64,000 nucleotides of DNA from a bacterium. GTDB lineage: Bacteria; Patescibacteriota; Patescibacteriia; JACQRZ01. The DNA lies in NCBI GenBank assembly GCA_030688365.1, contig JAUYIE010000005.1:5764-69763 (forward strand), given 5' to 3'. The notes below the pieces were generated by a model. That model did not search any database. It was not told the DNA's origin and saw only the letters and a list, made by a program, of their open reading frames with translations. Position numbers and translations under genes: made by a program. How positions within the stretch are numbered: the stretch's first letter is position 1; every line of letters begins with the position of its first letter. This document shows positions 51,079 to 60,688 of this stretch, one piece after another.

Positions 51079-52374
51079 ATGGCATCATTTTCTCGCGCTA
51101 TTATTCATATTGACGGCGATGCATTTTTTGCCTCCTGCGAACAATCCCGTAATCCCGCGCTTGCCGGCAAACCAGTCATCACCGGCAAAGAACGTGGCAT
51201 CGCATCTTCCATGAGCTATGAAGCCAAAGCAAAAGGCGTCACTCGTGCCATGCGTCTTTTTGAAATCAAACAACTCTGTCCTGATGCGGTCATCCTTCCT
51301 TCCGACTATGAAACCTACAGCATCCTTTCAAAACGGTTCTTTGATATTGTGCGCAGGTATACCGCCGATGTGGAAGAATACAGCATTGACGAATGTTTTG
51401 CCGACTTGACAGGCCTTGATACCGTACGCGGATGCTCATATGAAACTATCGTACAGGATATCCAACGCGTACTTTTTGATGAGCTAGGATTTACGTTTTC
51501 CATTGGCGTGGGCCCAAACAAACTCATTGCAAAGATTGGCTCAAAATGGAAAAAACCGTTTGGCATCACCGTCATTTCCAAAGATATTATTGACCACCAT
51601 CTCGCGTCTATACCCGTCGGAAAGATTTGGGGTATCGGACCACAGACCACGTCCTTGCTTGCCACACGAGGCATATTCACCGCACTTGAGTTTAAACAAA
51701 AATCAAAAGATTGGATCACTTACCACCTTTCCAAACCGTTTTATGAATTATGGCTTGAGATGCATGGACTTTCTATCCTCCCCCTCAATATTAAAGAAAA
51801 AGAACGCTATGACTCCATTCAAAAAGTAAAAACATTTACTCCCCCATCATCTGATAAAAAATTTATATATGCGCAACTTTCAAAAAATATTGAAAGCGCG
51901 TGCATCAAAGTACGAAAATACAATCTTGCTACTAAGGAAGTGTATTTTTTCCTCCGCACACAAGAGTTTCACGATGAATGGCAAAAGATAGTCCTCCCGC
52001 GCTACACTTCGTTTCCTCATGAGATCATCAAAGCATGTGAGGTGCCATTTAATCGTATATTTGACTGTCGCGCTCAATATCGTTCTACTGGTATCACTAT
52101 GACAAAGCTCCTACAAAATCCGTATGCCCAACGTGATATGTTTGGGGAATATGTACAACAAGAAAAACTCGCACGCCTCTATGAAGGCGTGGATGCTATG
52201 AGAAAAAAATACGGTAAATATACAATATTGCTCGGTTCAAGTCTGATGGCAAAAAAATTTTCGCGACATCTGGGCGCGCGCGGTGACGCACCGGCACGAG
52301 CACATACACTTTTTAAAGGTGAGACCCAGCGCAAACGACTCAACATACCTATGTTTATGGGTAAAGTGAAGTGA
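51079..52374 (+). CDS. dinB: Y-family DNA polymerase (DinB/UmuC-like)
   Basis: HIDGDAFFAS, SYEAK, YSIDE, WGIG. Confidence 0.9.
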   Translation: MASFSRAIIHIDGDAFFASCEQSRNPALAGKPVITGKERGIASSMSYEAKAKGVTRAMRLFEIKQLCPDAVILPSDYETYSILSKRFFDIVRRYTADVEEYSIDECFADLTGLDTVRGCSYETIVQDIQRVLFDELGFTFSIGVGPNKLIAKIGSKWKKPFGITVISKDIIDHHLASIPVGKIWGIGPQTTSLLATRGIFTALEFKQKSKDWITYHLSKPFYELWLEMHGLSILPLNIKEKERYDSIQKVKTFTPPSSDKKFIYAQLSKNIESACIKVRKYNLATKEVYFFLRTQEFHDEWQKIVLPRYTSFPHEIIKACEVPFNRIFDCRAQYRSTGITMTKLLQNPYAQRDMFGEYVQQEKLARLYEGVDAMRKKYGKYTILLGSSLMAKKFSRHLGARGDAPARAHTLFKGETQRKRLNIPMFMGKVK

Positions 52375-52887
52375 TTAGTCACGTGCAAATACGATCGGTA
52401 TTTCTAATGCATCGTCATGTTCCGGCAATCCGGATGGATTATCTTTGCGCAGGATGAGTGTCCCTGCATCACTATAGACATCCTTGTCCACAGTAAAAGT
52501 CAATGTGGTCTCAAATGGCACGAACTCCGTAGTCATCCAATCTCCTTTTGCTTGCGCGATACTGTGCGCGATGATCTTACCATCCCAATCAATCAGCACG
52601 ACGGGAAAACTTGCCTCAAAAAACCAAGAACCACGAGCTTTACCTTGCACTATCAACGGACTGCTGATGCTTTGCCCAGGACGAGGAGACGCAAGTTGAA
52701 TAAGCTCATCGTTTGTTGTTTGGTCCATTTCCAAGACATGATCTTTCTCAATCGGAATGACCATTGAGACAGGATCAGTCGCTAGATGTTCTTCTGTTTC
52801 TCTGGTTGATATATAAATAAAAAAACCGAGACAGCAGAGTAATAAAAAACCACCAATAATCAAAATCATACGCATAGTTTTAGACAT
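52375..52887 (-). CDS. Gmad2 immunoglobulin-like domain protein
   Basis: GKARGSWFFEASFPV, WMTTEFVPF, DNPSGLPE. Confidence 0.8.
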   Translation of the reverse strand: MSKTMRMILIIGGFLLLCCLGFFIYISTRETEEHLATDPVSMVIPIEKDHVLEMDQTTNDELIQLASPRPGQSISSPLIVQGKARGSWFFEASFPVVLIDWDGKIIAHSIAQAKGDWMTTEFVPFETTLTFTVDKDVYSDAGTLILRKDNPSGLPEHDDALEIPIVFARD

Positions 52888-52993
52888 ATATCACCACTGT
52901 ACTCCTCGTAAGCAATTTTGTATAGAACTGTGTTTATTCATCTTCCTGTGGGCAATTGCGGAGAACCAAAGAGATACTAGGTGGGGAGATAAT

Positions 52994-53466
52994 TGGTTTG
53001 AGCCGACTCCGCAAGGGAAATTCATGTTTCAAGTGGCGTTTGGGCAGAGTAAATATTTTTCAGATAGTCTTGTTGAAAATGTAAAACGGAGCTCGGTCTT
53101 GTAAAAAGAAAGTGGGAACATGAGGCAATTTCTTCAAGAGGAGACGTTGTTCAAAATCTTAAAGTTAATATTAAAGAGACAGGTACTCTATTCTTCTATC
53201 AAATACCAAATATCAATATTTCATTCTATCCCTATCAACAGGGTTACCAAAACAGCAAAATGGACAAAGACAAAACCCTTTCAATACATTGGGGTGAACT
53301 CTGGGATTTTACAAGGGAAACAAAGGCGGATTTTGAATGCAGGGGCGGGGCGTACGCGCCAGATGGCGCGATGGATTTTGAAAAAAATAATCTTGTAACT
53401 CTTGGTAGTCCCACGGGGAATCGAACCCCGATTTGGTCCGTGAGAGGGACCCGTCCTAACCGTTAG
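52994..53466 (+). pseudogene. Decayed large serine recombinase remnants at tRNA-Glu
   Basis: 52994-53089 translates WFEPTPQGKFMFQVAFGQSKYFSDSLVENVKR, paralogous to 33083-33180; 53260-53466 DKTLSIHWGELWDF... reads into the tRNA antisense. Confidence 0.8.
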
Positions 53467-53477
53467 ACGATGGGACC
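53403..53477 (-). tRNA. tRNA-Glu (CTC)
   Basis: GGTCCCA/TGGGACT acceptor, GGTCC-CTCTCAC-GGACC arm, TTCGATT, encoded CCA. Confidence 0.95.
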
Positions 53478-53482
53478 ATGTG

Positions 53483-54775
53483 TTATGACCACTCTGCGCT
53501 TTGTCGTACGAGAAGCTCACCTGCACGAAGTGGCTCGGCCATGATTTCCTTTGTGATGCGTTCCATGCGCATACCTTGCGACCCTTTTATCAAGACTACA
53601 TCACCTTTACGCATAAGATTTTGTACATTTTTTTGCGCATCAATTGACGTATCAAACCACGAGATAGCGCTTTTGTCAACGCCTGCCTTTTCTGCTGATT
53701 GGGCAATCATACGTCCTCCCACACCGACAGTCACCAGCAAATCGATTCCCAGAGATGCCACCATGCGTCCCACTTCTTTATGCGCCCCGTCAGTCAAAGA
53801 ACCAAGCTCAAGCATGTCGCCTAGCACCGCAATCTTTCGTGCAGTGGCAACCAAGCGAAACCCCGCCAATGTTTCCAATGCGACATTCATCGCCAACGGT
53901 GATGCGTTGTACGTATCATCTATCACCAATGTACGCTTGATTCCCGGTAGTACATTCATCCTTCCTTGCGGACAGGAATACTCTCGCAATGCGAGTGCCG
54001 ATTCCGTCAAGGAGAGATCATACACGATACCGACACATACAGCGGTAGCGACTGCATAGACATGTTGCATGCCAATCATATCAGTAAGCTCTACATCGGC
54101 CTCTTGATCCTTATATAACAACTTCACCACCATGCCGATCAACTGTCGATCGTCAGGATCAAACTCTGTATGTTGATGCACATGCGCGATGCGTACGTCC
54201 GCACGGTTTGCGGTTCCAAATGTCATAACGCGCGCTTTTGTTTTTTCAACTAACGACATGACACGCGCGTCGTCGGCGTTTAAAATAGCCCACGATTGCA
54301 ATTGATGCATATTGCGAATCAATGTTCCTTTTTCCTCCACCACTGCTTCCAGTGATCCAAATTTTTCCAGATGAGCCGGCGCTATGGTCGTGATCACACT
54401 GACTTTTGGTGTCGCGATGTCCATCAGATACGCGATATCGCCGGGCTTATCAGCACCCATTTCTAAAATCAGCATCCATGGATAATTTTTTGCATAATGA
54501 AACAGTAATCCCAGTCCTTTCCACAAAAGTAATAACCACCCACCGATAGAACGCCCCGCGCTTTGTGAACCCAATACCACCAGTGGTAATCCTATTTCAT
54601 TGTTATAGTTCTTCACCGACGCGCGCACCAAATAGTTTGTTTTCAACACAGTAAAAATTGCTTCTTTCGCCAACGTTTTACCAACACTGCCGGTAATACC
54701 AATGATCTCGGGCTTATATTTTCGTAATACGGCCCGAGCAAGGTTATAGAGCAATTGTTGGATAATAGTTTTCAT
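53483..54775 (-). CDS. murF: UDP-MurNAc-tripeptide:D-Ala-D-Ala ligase
   Basis: ITGSVGKT, NNEIGLP, DDTYNASP, LGDMLELG, IKGS. Confidence 0.93.
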   Translation of the reverse strand: MKTIIQQLLYNLARAVLRKYKPEIIGITGSVGKTLAKEAIFTVLKTNYLVRASVKNYNNEIGLPLVVLGSQSAGRSIGGWLLLLWKGLGLLFHYAKNYPWMLILEMGADKPGDIAYLMDIATPKVSVITTIAPAHLEKFGSLEAVVEEKGTLIRNMHQLQSWAILNADDARVMSLVEKTKARVMTFGTANRADVRIAHVHQHTEFDPDDRQLIGMVVKLLYKDQEADVELTDMIGMQHVYAVATAVCVGIVYDLSLTESALALREYSCPQGRMNVLPGIKRTLVIDDTYNASPLAMNVALETLAGFRLVATARKIAVLGDMLELGSLTDGAHKEVGRMVASLGIDLLVTVGVGGRMIAQSAEKAGVDKSAISWFDTSIDAQKNVQNLMRKGDVVLIKGSQGMRMERITKEIMAEPLRAGELLVRQSAEWS

Positions 54776-54778
54776 CGG

Positions 54779-56581
54779 TTATTTGATCTTATGAGAAGCC
54801 GCGCTCGTGCGATCATAGGGTACTTCATAATATGTAAGTAAAAATTTTGCCAAATCGCCAAACAATGGAGCGGCCGAACTTTCCGCCCACGTCACATCTC
54901 GTGGACGATCTATTTTTACTAACATCGCAAATCGCGGATTGTTGACTGGCGCATATCCGGCAAATGAACCAATAGTGACGCCTGACTGATATCCTTGCCC
55001 ATCTTCACGTGGGACTTCCGCTGTCCCTGTCTTTCCCGCCACATAATAATTTTTTACTCCTGCTTGTGTACCATGTCCTTTTTCCACGACATTTACCAAC
55101 ATACCTCCCACCAATGCCGCGGTACGAGACGACACAACTCTTCCACTACATACACCGTTATCTGCTTTTTCTTTACACATTTCCTTTGGTTGAGTTTTGA
55201 CTTTTGTTCCGTCTGGTTTTATCACCTCATCAACGATATATGGTTGCATCATAACGCCTCCATTTGCAAGCATTGCAAATGCGTTTGTGATTTGCAACGG
55301 TGTCATAGTGATACCTTGACCAAATGATGCAGTGGCCAAGTAAATTTCCTGCTTTTCGTTCAAAGTAGATATATTTCCACCCACTTCCGTATCCAACTCA
55401 ATACCACTGGGTACGCCAAATCCAAAAGATTTAAGATACTTTTTAAAATCATCAAGTCCGACAGATTTTGCAACAAATGCTGCACCTGTATTGAGTGACT
55501 TATCAAGCACATCAGTCATTGTTTGAATCCCGTTTGCTTTCCTATCAGAGTTACGAATCGTATATTTTCCGAACACCAACTCACCAGTATCATTGTAGGT
55601 AGTATCGGGACTGACTTTATCTGTATCAATACCGATAGCCATGGTAATAGGTTTAAAAATAGAACCCGGCTCGTAGGGGGTAAAGATGGCAGGGTTGGTG
55701 AGTGTAGTTAACGGGACTTTACCGTATTCACTTGGTTTAAAATCCGGAGTGCTACACATGGCAATAATAGCACCAGTCTTTGGATCCATAATCACAACGG
55801 TTCCCCCGTCCGCACCATGCTGTGTCACCCACGTATGAAGTCGCGCGCATACAGTAGTTTGCACTGTCCGGTCTATCGTCAACACCAAACTACTCCCGTC
55901 TACTGCCTCGGTTACATGTTTTTTACCAATGGGAATCAATGCCCCCACGACATCAGACTCAAACTGTAATGATCCTTCTCGTCCTTTTAAAATGTCGTTG
56001 TAATATCCCTCCAACCCATATTTGCCGGTCGCAGTATCTCCTTTACTTACATAACCAAACAGTTGCCCGCCCAAATCAGGTTCCGGATAAAAACGATATG
56101 TCTCGTTAGTATAATATAATCCCGTCAAACCCAATGCTTTGACTTGATCTGTTTGTTCATCAGTAACTTTCCTTTTTATAATCACGTATGGGTCATCTGA
56201 CCGAGAGAGTTTCTCTTTCAAATCATCAACATCCAACTGTAAAATGGATGCTAGAGTGTTTGCCATACCTTCTGGATCCGAAATAATACGCGGATTTGCG
56301 CTGATGAGATTATATTGCCGATTGGTCACCGCGGGAAATAATTTTTCCCCTGCTACCTCCATAAGATACGGTTGATCGGAGTTTTCCGCTCCTCGTTCTC
56401 TTAAATAAATATCGCCTCTATTAGGATACAACTTTTGAAAAAAGATATGTTCATTATCTGCCAACGCTTTGTACTCGGTATAGCTCAACACCTGCAAATT
56501 AAAAAGTCGCAAACACAGAAGTGATGCGATCACGAGAACAAAGCCTCTAAATAAGGTCATTCTATCAAAAGAAAACTTCAT
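54779..56581 (-). CDS. ftsI: Class B penicillin-binding protein (FtsI-like)
   Basis: EPGSIFK, SLN, KTGTA; dcw context. Confidence 0.88.
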   Translation of the reverse strand: MKFSFDRMTLFRGFVLVIASLLCLRLFNLQVLSYTEYKALADNEHIFFQKLYPNRGDIYLRERGAENSDQPYLMEVAGEKLFPAVTNRQYNLISANPRIISDPEGMANTLASILQLDVDDLKEKLSRSDDPYVIIKRKVTDEQTDQVKALGLTGLYYTNETYRFYPEPDLGGQLFGYVSKGDTATGKYGLEGYYNDILKGREGSLQFESDVVGALIPIGKKHVTEAVDGSSLVLTIDRTVQTTVCARLHTWVTQHGADGGTVVIMDPKTGAIIAMCSTPDFKPSEYGKVPLTTLTNPAIFTPYEPGSIFKPITMAIGIDTDKVSPDTTYNDTGELVFGKYTIRNSDRKANGIQTMTDVLDKSLNTGAAFVAKSVGLDDFKKYLKSFGFGVPSGIELDTEVGGNISTLNEKQEIYLATASFGQGITMTPLQITNAFAMLANGGVMMQPYIVDEVIKPDGTKVKTQPKEMCKEKADNGVCSGRVVSSRTAALVGGMLVNVVEKGHGTQAGVKNYYVAGKTGTAEVPREDGQGYQSGVTIGSFAGYAPVNNPRFAMLVKIDRPRDVTWAESSAAPLFGDLAKFLLTYYEVPYDRTSAASHKIK

Positions 56582-56589
56582 AAATTGGC

Positions 56590-56952
56590 TTAACGAGCAG
56601 AAGCGACGGGTTGATCAGTTGATATAAAATCAAGTGTTGATGTAGAAACCAATTTCATACTATCCATACGCTGACGTAAGGTTGCCATAGATTGCTTTTC
56701 AATGGCGCTTAACTGTAGTTTTTCATTATTTTGCGTCAAAGTATCCACGGTGCGTTGCAATTCTTTTATGCGATATCCTTTCGTTGATAAACTGTTTATC
56801 TGCACGAGATACACTATGCCAAGTACAGCGCTTGTCAACAGAAACATTGCATTAAGACGCTTAAGTTTTTCCCGCGAAAGAGCTGCTTTGTGCAGACTCA
56901 CAATCGTGGTGGTGATTTGTCGAGCTTTTATTTTATAAAACGAATGTGACAT
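56590..56952 (-). CDS. FtsL-like cell division protein
   Basis: TM plus coiled coil between rsmH and ftsI. Confidence 0.65.
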   Translation of the reverse strand: MSHSFYKIKARQITTTIVSLHKAALSREKLKRLNAMFLLTSAVLGIVYLVQINSLSTKGYRIKELQRTVDTLTQNNEKLQLSAIEKQSMATLRQRMDSMKLVSTSTLDFISTDQPVASAR

Positions 56953-56991
56953 TGCATGGGTATTTAGTATTTGAATTTTCGCTACGTCCAG

Positions 56992-57870
56992 CTATTTCCA
57001 CTCTACTGCGCGAAGTTTTGCGCTCCGTGAGGGTGGATTGGCGAGGATCTCTTCTCGCGTTGGCGGTACCACCTTTTTTGTTAAAACAGTCGCAAACCCG
57101 TCCTTCCCCCACTGCCTGAACACATTTTTTACAATGCGATCTTCCAGTGAATGAAACGTGATGACGACGATCCGGCTTCCGGTGTGTAACAGCGTCGCAA
57201 GACTTTCCAACGAAGACTGCAATACACCCAGCTCATCATTGACGACGATACGCAACGCCTGAAACGTCTGCGTCGCCGGATGAAACTTCCCTCGTCTGGG
57301 CAATATCGTTTCAATGACATTGACCAGATCAAACGTCGTCTCAAACCTCTTTTTGCGCCGTGCTTGCACGATAGCTTTCGCGATACGTCGCGATGCTTGG
57401 TCTTGCCCATATTGAAATATCGCATCAGCTATGTCTTTTTCTTTCCAGCTGTTGACGATATCCATGGCCATCAGATCTTGTTTCGGATCAAAACGCATAT
57501 CAAGTGGCTCATTCTCTTGGAACGAAAACCCTCGACCGCTTTGACGAAGCAGGTCCATTGAAAGACCCAGATCGTAGAGAACGCCGTCTACCTGACCAAA
57601 CCCATGCAAGGTAGCCAAGGAAACAACATCTCTAAAATTGCCCTGTACAAGCACTGCTCGCTTCCCATATTTCTTGAGTCGCGTCTGTGCCTGCACTATC
57701 GCATCTGGACTGGCATCAATCCCAAGGACTCTTCCTTTAGGACCGTTGCATGTCAAAATGCTTTCCGTATGCCCCGCTCCACCGAGCGTGCAATCTATAT
57801 ACGTTCCATTTGAAAGAACTCGCAAGTACTCAAGCACTTCTTGTGGCATGACCGACCGATGAGTCGTCAT
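56992..57870 (-). CDS. rsmH: 16S rRNA m4C1402 methyltransferase
   Basis: DCTLGGAGH, PLDMR, FHSLEDRIVK, SRSAKLR. Confidence 0.97.
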   Translation of the reverse strand: MTTHRSVMPQEVLEYLRVLSNGTYIDCTLGGAGHTESILTCNGPKGRVLGIDASPDAIVQAQTRLKKYGKRAVLVQGNFRDVVSLATLHGFGQVDGVLYDLGLSMDLLRQSGRGFSFQENEPLDMRFDPKQDLMAMDIVNSWKEKDIADAIFQYGQDQASRRIAKAIVQARRKKRFETTFDLVNVIETILPRRGKFHPATQTFQALRIVVNDELGVLQSSLESLATLLHTGSRIVVITFHSLEDRIVKNVFRQWGKDGFATVLTKKVVPPTREEILANPPSRSAKLRAVEWK

Positions 57871-58298
57871 ACTCCCAGCTGTCCCAACTGTTCAGCAATC
57901 TCCCCGCTCTGCTTTTCCGTCTTGGACTTATATGTTTGCCACACTTCCTCAGACCATACTTCGATGCGGTTATAGAGTCCCGCAACGACGACTTTCTTCC
58001 CGAGATGTGCGTATGCTCGGAGATAGTCTGGCAAAATAATTCGACCTTGTTTATCCAACGACACATCCATCGCACCCGCAAGCATGAGCCGGGCAAATGC
58101 ACGTGTATTGGCTTGAGTGATAGAAAGATTGGACAGCTTCTCTGCCAACTTTTCCCATTCTTTCACGGTATACAGAACAAGACAGTCATCCAAACCCTTG
58201 GTAACCACCGCACCTTTGGTAAGTTCCTTACGGTACTTGACTGGTACGGCCATCCGCCCCTTTTCATCCACCGAGTGGTTGTATTGCCCTATAAACAT
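57867..58298 (-). CDS. mraZ: Transcriptional regulator MraZ
   Basis: DEKGR and DKQGR motifs, IEVW. Confidence 0.97.
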   Translation of the reverse strand: MFIGQYNHSVDEKGRMAVPVKYRKELTKGAVVTKGLDDCLVLYTVKEWEKLAEKLSNLSITQANTRAFARLMLAGAMDVSLDKQGRIILPDYLRAYAHLGKKVVVAGLYNRIEVWSEEVWQTYKSKTEKQSGEIAEQLGQLGV

Positions 58299-58460
58299 AA
58301 TTAGGAGAGAAACTGGCTTAATACAACGGTTACGTAGCTAAGCACTACGTCCTTTGAGTGGACTAAAGAAAAGGCGAACTGCAACATAGAAACGCCGACC
58401 TTTATGCATTATTGAGGTTTCTCGTGGTTTTTATGGTGAACTATCCCCTGATACACCGGA

Positions 58461-58514
58461 CTTATCCCCACTTTTTCCCACTTTTCACCTCATGTTTGGT
58501 ATTATACACCACTT
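58461..58514 (-). promoter_or_regulatory. MraZ-binding direct repeats and promoter -10
   Basis: Minus strand AAAAGTGGG repeated at 10-bp spacing, downstream of GTGTATAAT. Confidence 0.6.
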
Positions 58515-58617
58515 CAAGAAGTTTTTCTAGGTATTTATGCACAGGGGCACATAATTATTTTTTGGAAAAGAAAAAAAGCATTCCGGAGAAAGCTTCTAAA
58601 TTCATATACTTCATTGA

Positions 58618-59136
58618 TTATAAAAAACCTACCTGTTTTTCATTTACTACCACAAACTTGTCGTATTGGTTATAAAGTACATTGTATTTAGTGCATATCA
58701 GGCCCATTCTCCAATCAGACTTAACTATGCACACGCACACCAAAGGCGGTTTATGCAATGTTTGTTCCAGACAAATAAGCATCTTACCTTGGCATTTACC
58801 AAAATGCATCTTCAAAAACAAGAGAAACTCACTAATTGTTGCCGGACGAATCTTGGTCTGATCTATCATTTTCAAAACCGAACCAGGCAATAACTCGAAT
58901 CCTGTATGTGCCCATGACATTTCCAATGCACTCCATTCTATTACTCTCTGCCGAGAAAATATCTTGGACGTAATCCACTTTGGAATGTCCATACCCATCA
59001 TTCTCAAGTCGTTCAGTAATAAATCTACTGTTACCACCCTTTCAATAAGGATGATATCATACCATTTTTTAATTTTTACCATCTGTGTGTCTAGACTCAC
59101 CTGCCACCTCACTTCTCTCACAAAATACCTTATCAA
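58618..59136 (-). CDS. Hypothetical protein, possibly a degenerate CLec-like DGR-target-family protein
   Basis: RPATISEFL followed by a beta-rich C-terminus ending KFVVV; start uncertain. Confidence 0.45.
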   Translation of the reverse strand: MIRYFVREVRWQVSLDTQMVKIKKWYDIILIERVVTVDLLLNDLRMMGMDIPKWITSKIFSRQRVIEWSALEMSWAHTGFELLPGSVLKMIDQTKIRPATISEFLLFLKMHFGKCQGKMLICLEQTLHKPPLVCVCIVKSDWRMGLICTKYNVLYNQYDKFVVVNEKQVGFL

Positions 59137-59183
59137 GAAGAATACGAGATTGCACGAGCCAGGTCAAGTAGCTGTCTATAAAT

Positions 59184-59660
59184 TCAGTAATTCATATTTG
59201 ATAAATCTTCAAGCGCTTTGAGTGCATAAAATTGCACCTTATCAGTTATACCATCCCTATTGCTCTCCAATTCTTCTTTTGTAAACCATCGGCATTCTTC
59301 AGTAATCTCTTCAGCCGACAACTGTAATACATTAGTTTGTGTAGTAGCAAAATATATAAATGCAATATGTTCATGTATGTCATTGATATGATGTCTTTCT
59401 AAATATTGTGGTGGAATGAGCGATTGATCATAATCACCAAAGGCGGGTTGCCTTCCTTCCTCTGTGTGTAGTATCACATCTAACCCAACCTCTTCCTTGA
59501 CTTCTCGCACTGCTGCTTCATTGGGGTCTTCGTGTAATTCAATGTGCCCGCCAACGCTGAGCCACATCTTATATTTGTCATGTTTTCTCAAAAGTACGGT
59601 ATTTTTATACACAATGTATGTCTCAACAACAAAATCTATTTTATCATGGATATGAGGCAT
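59184..59660 (-). CDS. NUDIX hydrolase
   Basis: GGHIELHEDPNEAAVREVKEEVGL Nudix box. Confidence 0.92.
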   Translation of the reverse strand: MPHIHDKIDFVVETYIVYKNTVLLRKHDKYKMWLSVGGHIELHEDPNEAAVREVKEEVGLDVILHTEEGRQPAFGDYDQSLIPPQYLERHHINDIHEHIAFIYFATTQTNVLQLSAEEITEECRWFTKEELESNRDGITDKVQFYALKALEDLSNMNY

Positions 59661-59666
59661 ATATCT

Positions 59667-59897
59667 TCAAATTCCTATATATCGAAATCGTGGCACGTCT
59701 TGTCCATCAATCACAACATTTTCCAAAAACATCGCTTTTGGGCGCACCCAAAGAGTATTTGCCTCCATACCTTTCACAGGATCGGGGTGATTATAGACAA
59801 CCATTTCTTCAAGTGTCTCACTGTGCAACGCGAGGCCAGTTACCTCAACAATAGTTCCTTTATAGTGCTGGTACTTTCCGAGTTTTATATCTTGCAT
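59667..59897 (-). CDS. DUF1653 protein
   Basis: GKYQHYKG, HSETLEEMVVY, WVRP..MF, PRF. Confidence 0.88.
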   Translation of the reverse strand: MQDIKLGKYQHYKGTIVEVTGLALHSETLEEMVVYNHPDPVKGMEANTLWVRPKAMFLENVVIDGQDVPRFRYIGI

Positions 59898-59910
59898 AAA
59901 AATTTTTTGA

Positions 59911-60321
59911 CTAGGAATTCATACTATCTTTTGATATCTCCTTCAATACCCATTGTTTCACATTTTGAGCAGCTTTATAGGCGTCCTTTGCATCGCCCCA
60001 ATGAAATTCTGGAAAATCGCCGGGATAACGAGTTTGGACATAGTACCCGTTTAAAAAAGTAAGATCTTCTTTGACCTCCTTCATAGAAGGTAAAAATACC
60101 TCTATTGTGGTAGCAATAGCAACAAGATCATGAATTTTTGGAAAAGATCGATCAGCAAAGACGAGTAATCCCTTTAAATACTTTTCTGCGATCTGTTGAG
60201 ATAAAAAACACACCGTGCTTGGCGACCCATGCTGTTCTTTGAGAATAAAACTGGCAGAAAGGTCATCCTCGTCAGCCTTTGCAAACCACTTTTGATAGAG
60301 ATTATTTTGCTTTTTTGGCAT
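59911..60321 (-). CDS. HEPN domain protein (putative toxin)
   Basis: WFAKADEDD, QQIAEKYLK, PKIHDL, RYP. Confidence 0.85.
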   Translation of the reverse strand: MPKKQNNLYQKWFAKADEDDLSASFILKEQHGSPSTVCFLSQQIAEKYLKGLLVFADRSFPKIHDLVAIATTIEVFLPSMKEVKEDLTFLNGYYVQTRYPGDFPEFHWGDAKDAYKAAQNVKQWVLKEISKDSMNS

Positions 60322-60634
60322 AGAGTATTTTGCCTTTTTTAAGGATATCACCAACAAAAAAATCGCCCATATCCATACGTTTTTTTACCTGGACAGGAGT
60401 CATGACAATAATATCAAGGGCTACTTTCCGTCCCCACAAAGCCCCGTCAATCTCTCGCGCAACCTCACGTGTCGATCTCGTTGTTTTTTTGATAACTACG
60501 AGATCAATATCACTGTCTTTATGTGGTTTCCCCCACGCGTGGGAGCCAAAAAGTATTATTTTTTCAGGGTTAAACTCACGAGAGATAATCGCTGTAAATT
60601 CCTCAATTGCTTTTTTGGGAGACGTTGAATACAT
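60302..60634 (-). CDS. Minimal nucleotidyltransferase (MNT, putative antitoxin)
   Basis: ILFGSHAWG...DSDIDL; overlaps the HEPN start. Confidence 0.88.
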   Translation of the reverse strand: MYSTSPKKAIEEFTAIISREFNPEKIILFGSHAWGKPHKDSDIDLVVIKKTTRSTREVAREIDGALWGRKVALDIIVMTPVQVKKRMDMGDFFVGDILKKGKILYAKKAK

Positions 60635-60688
60635 ATAGGTCTATAGTATAACAAAAACCACTTTTCTACAACCCATATTGCTCTACTG

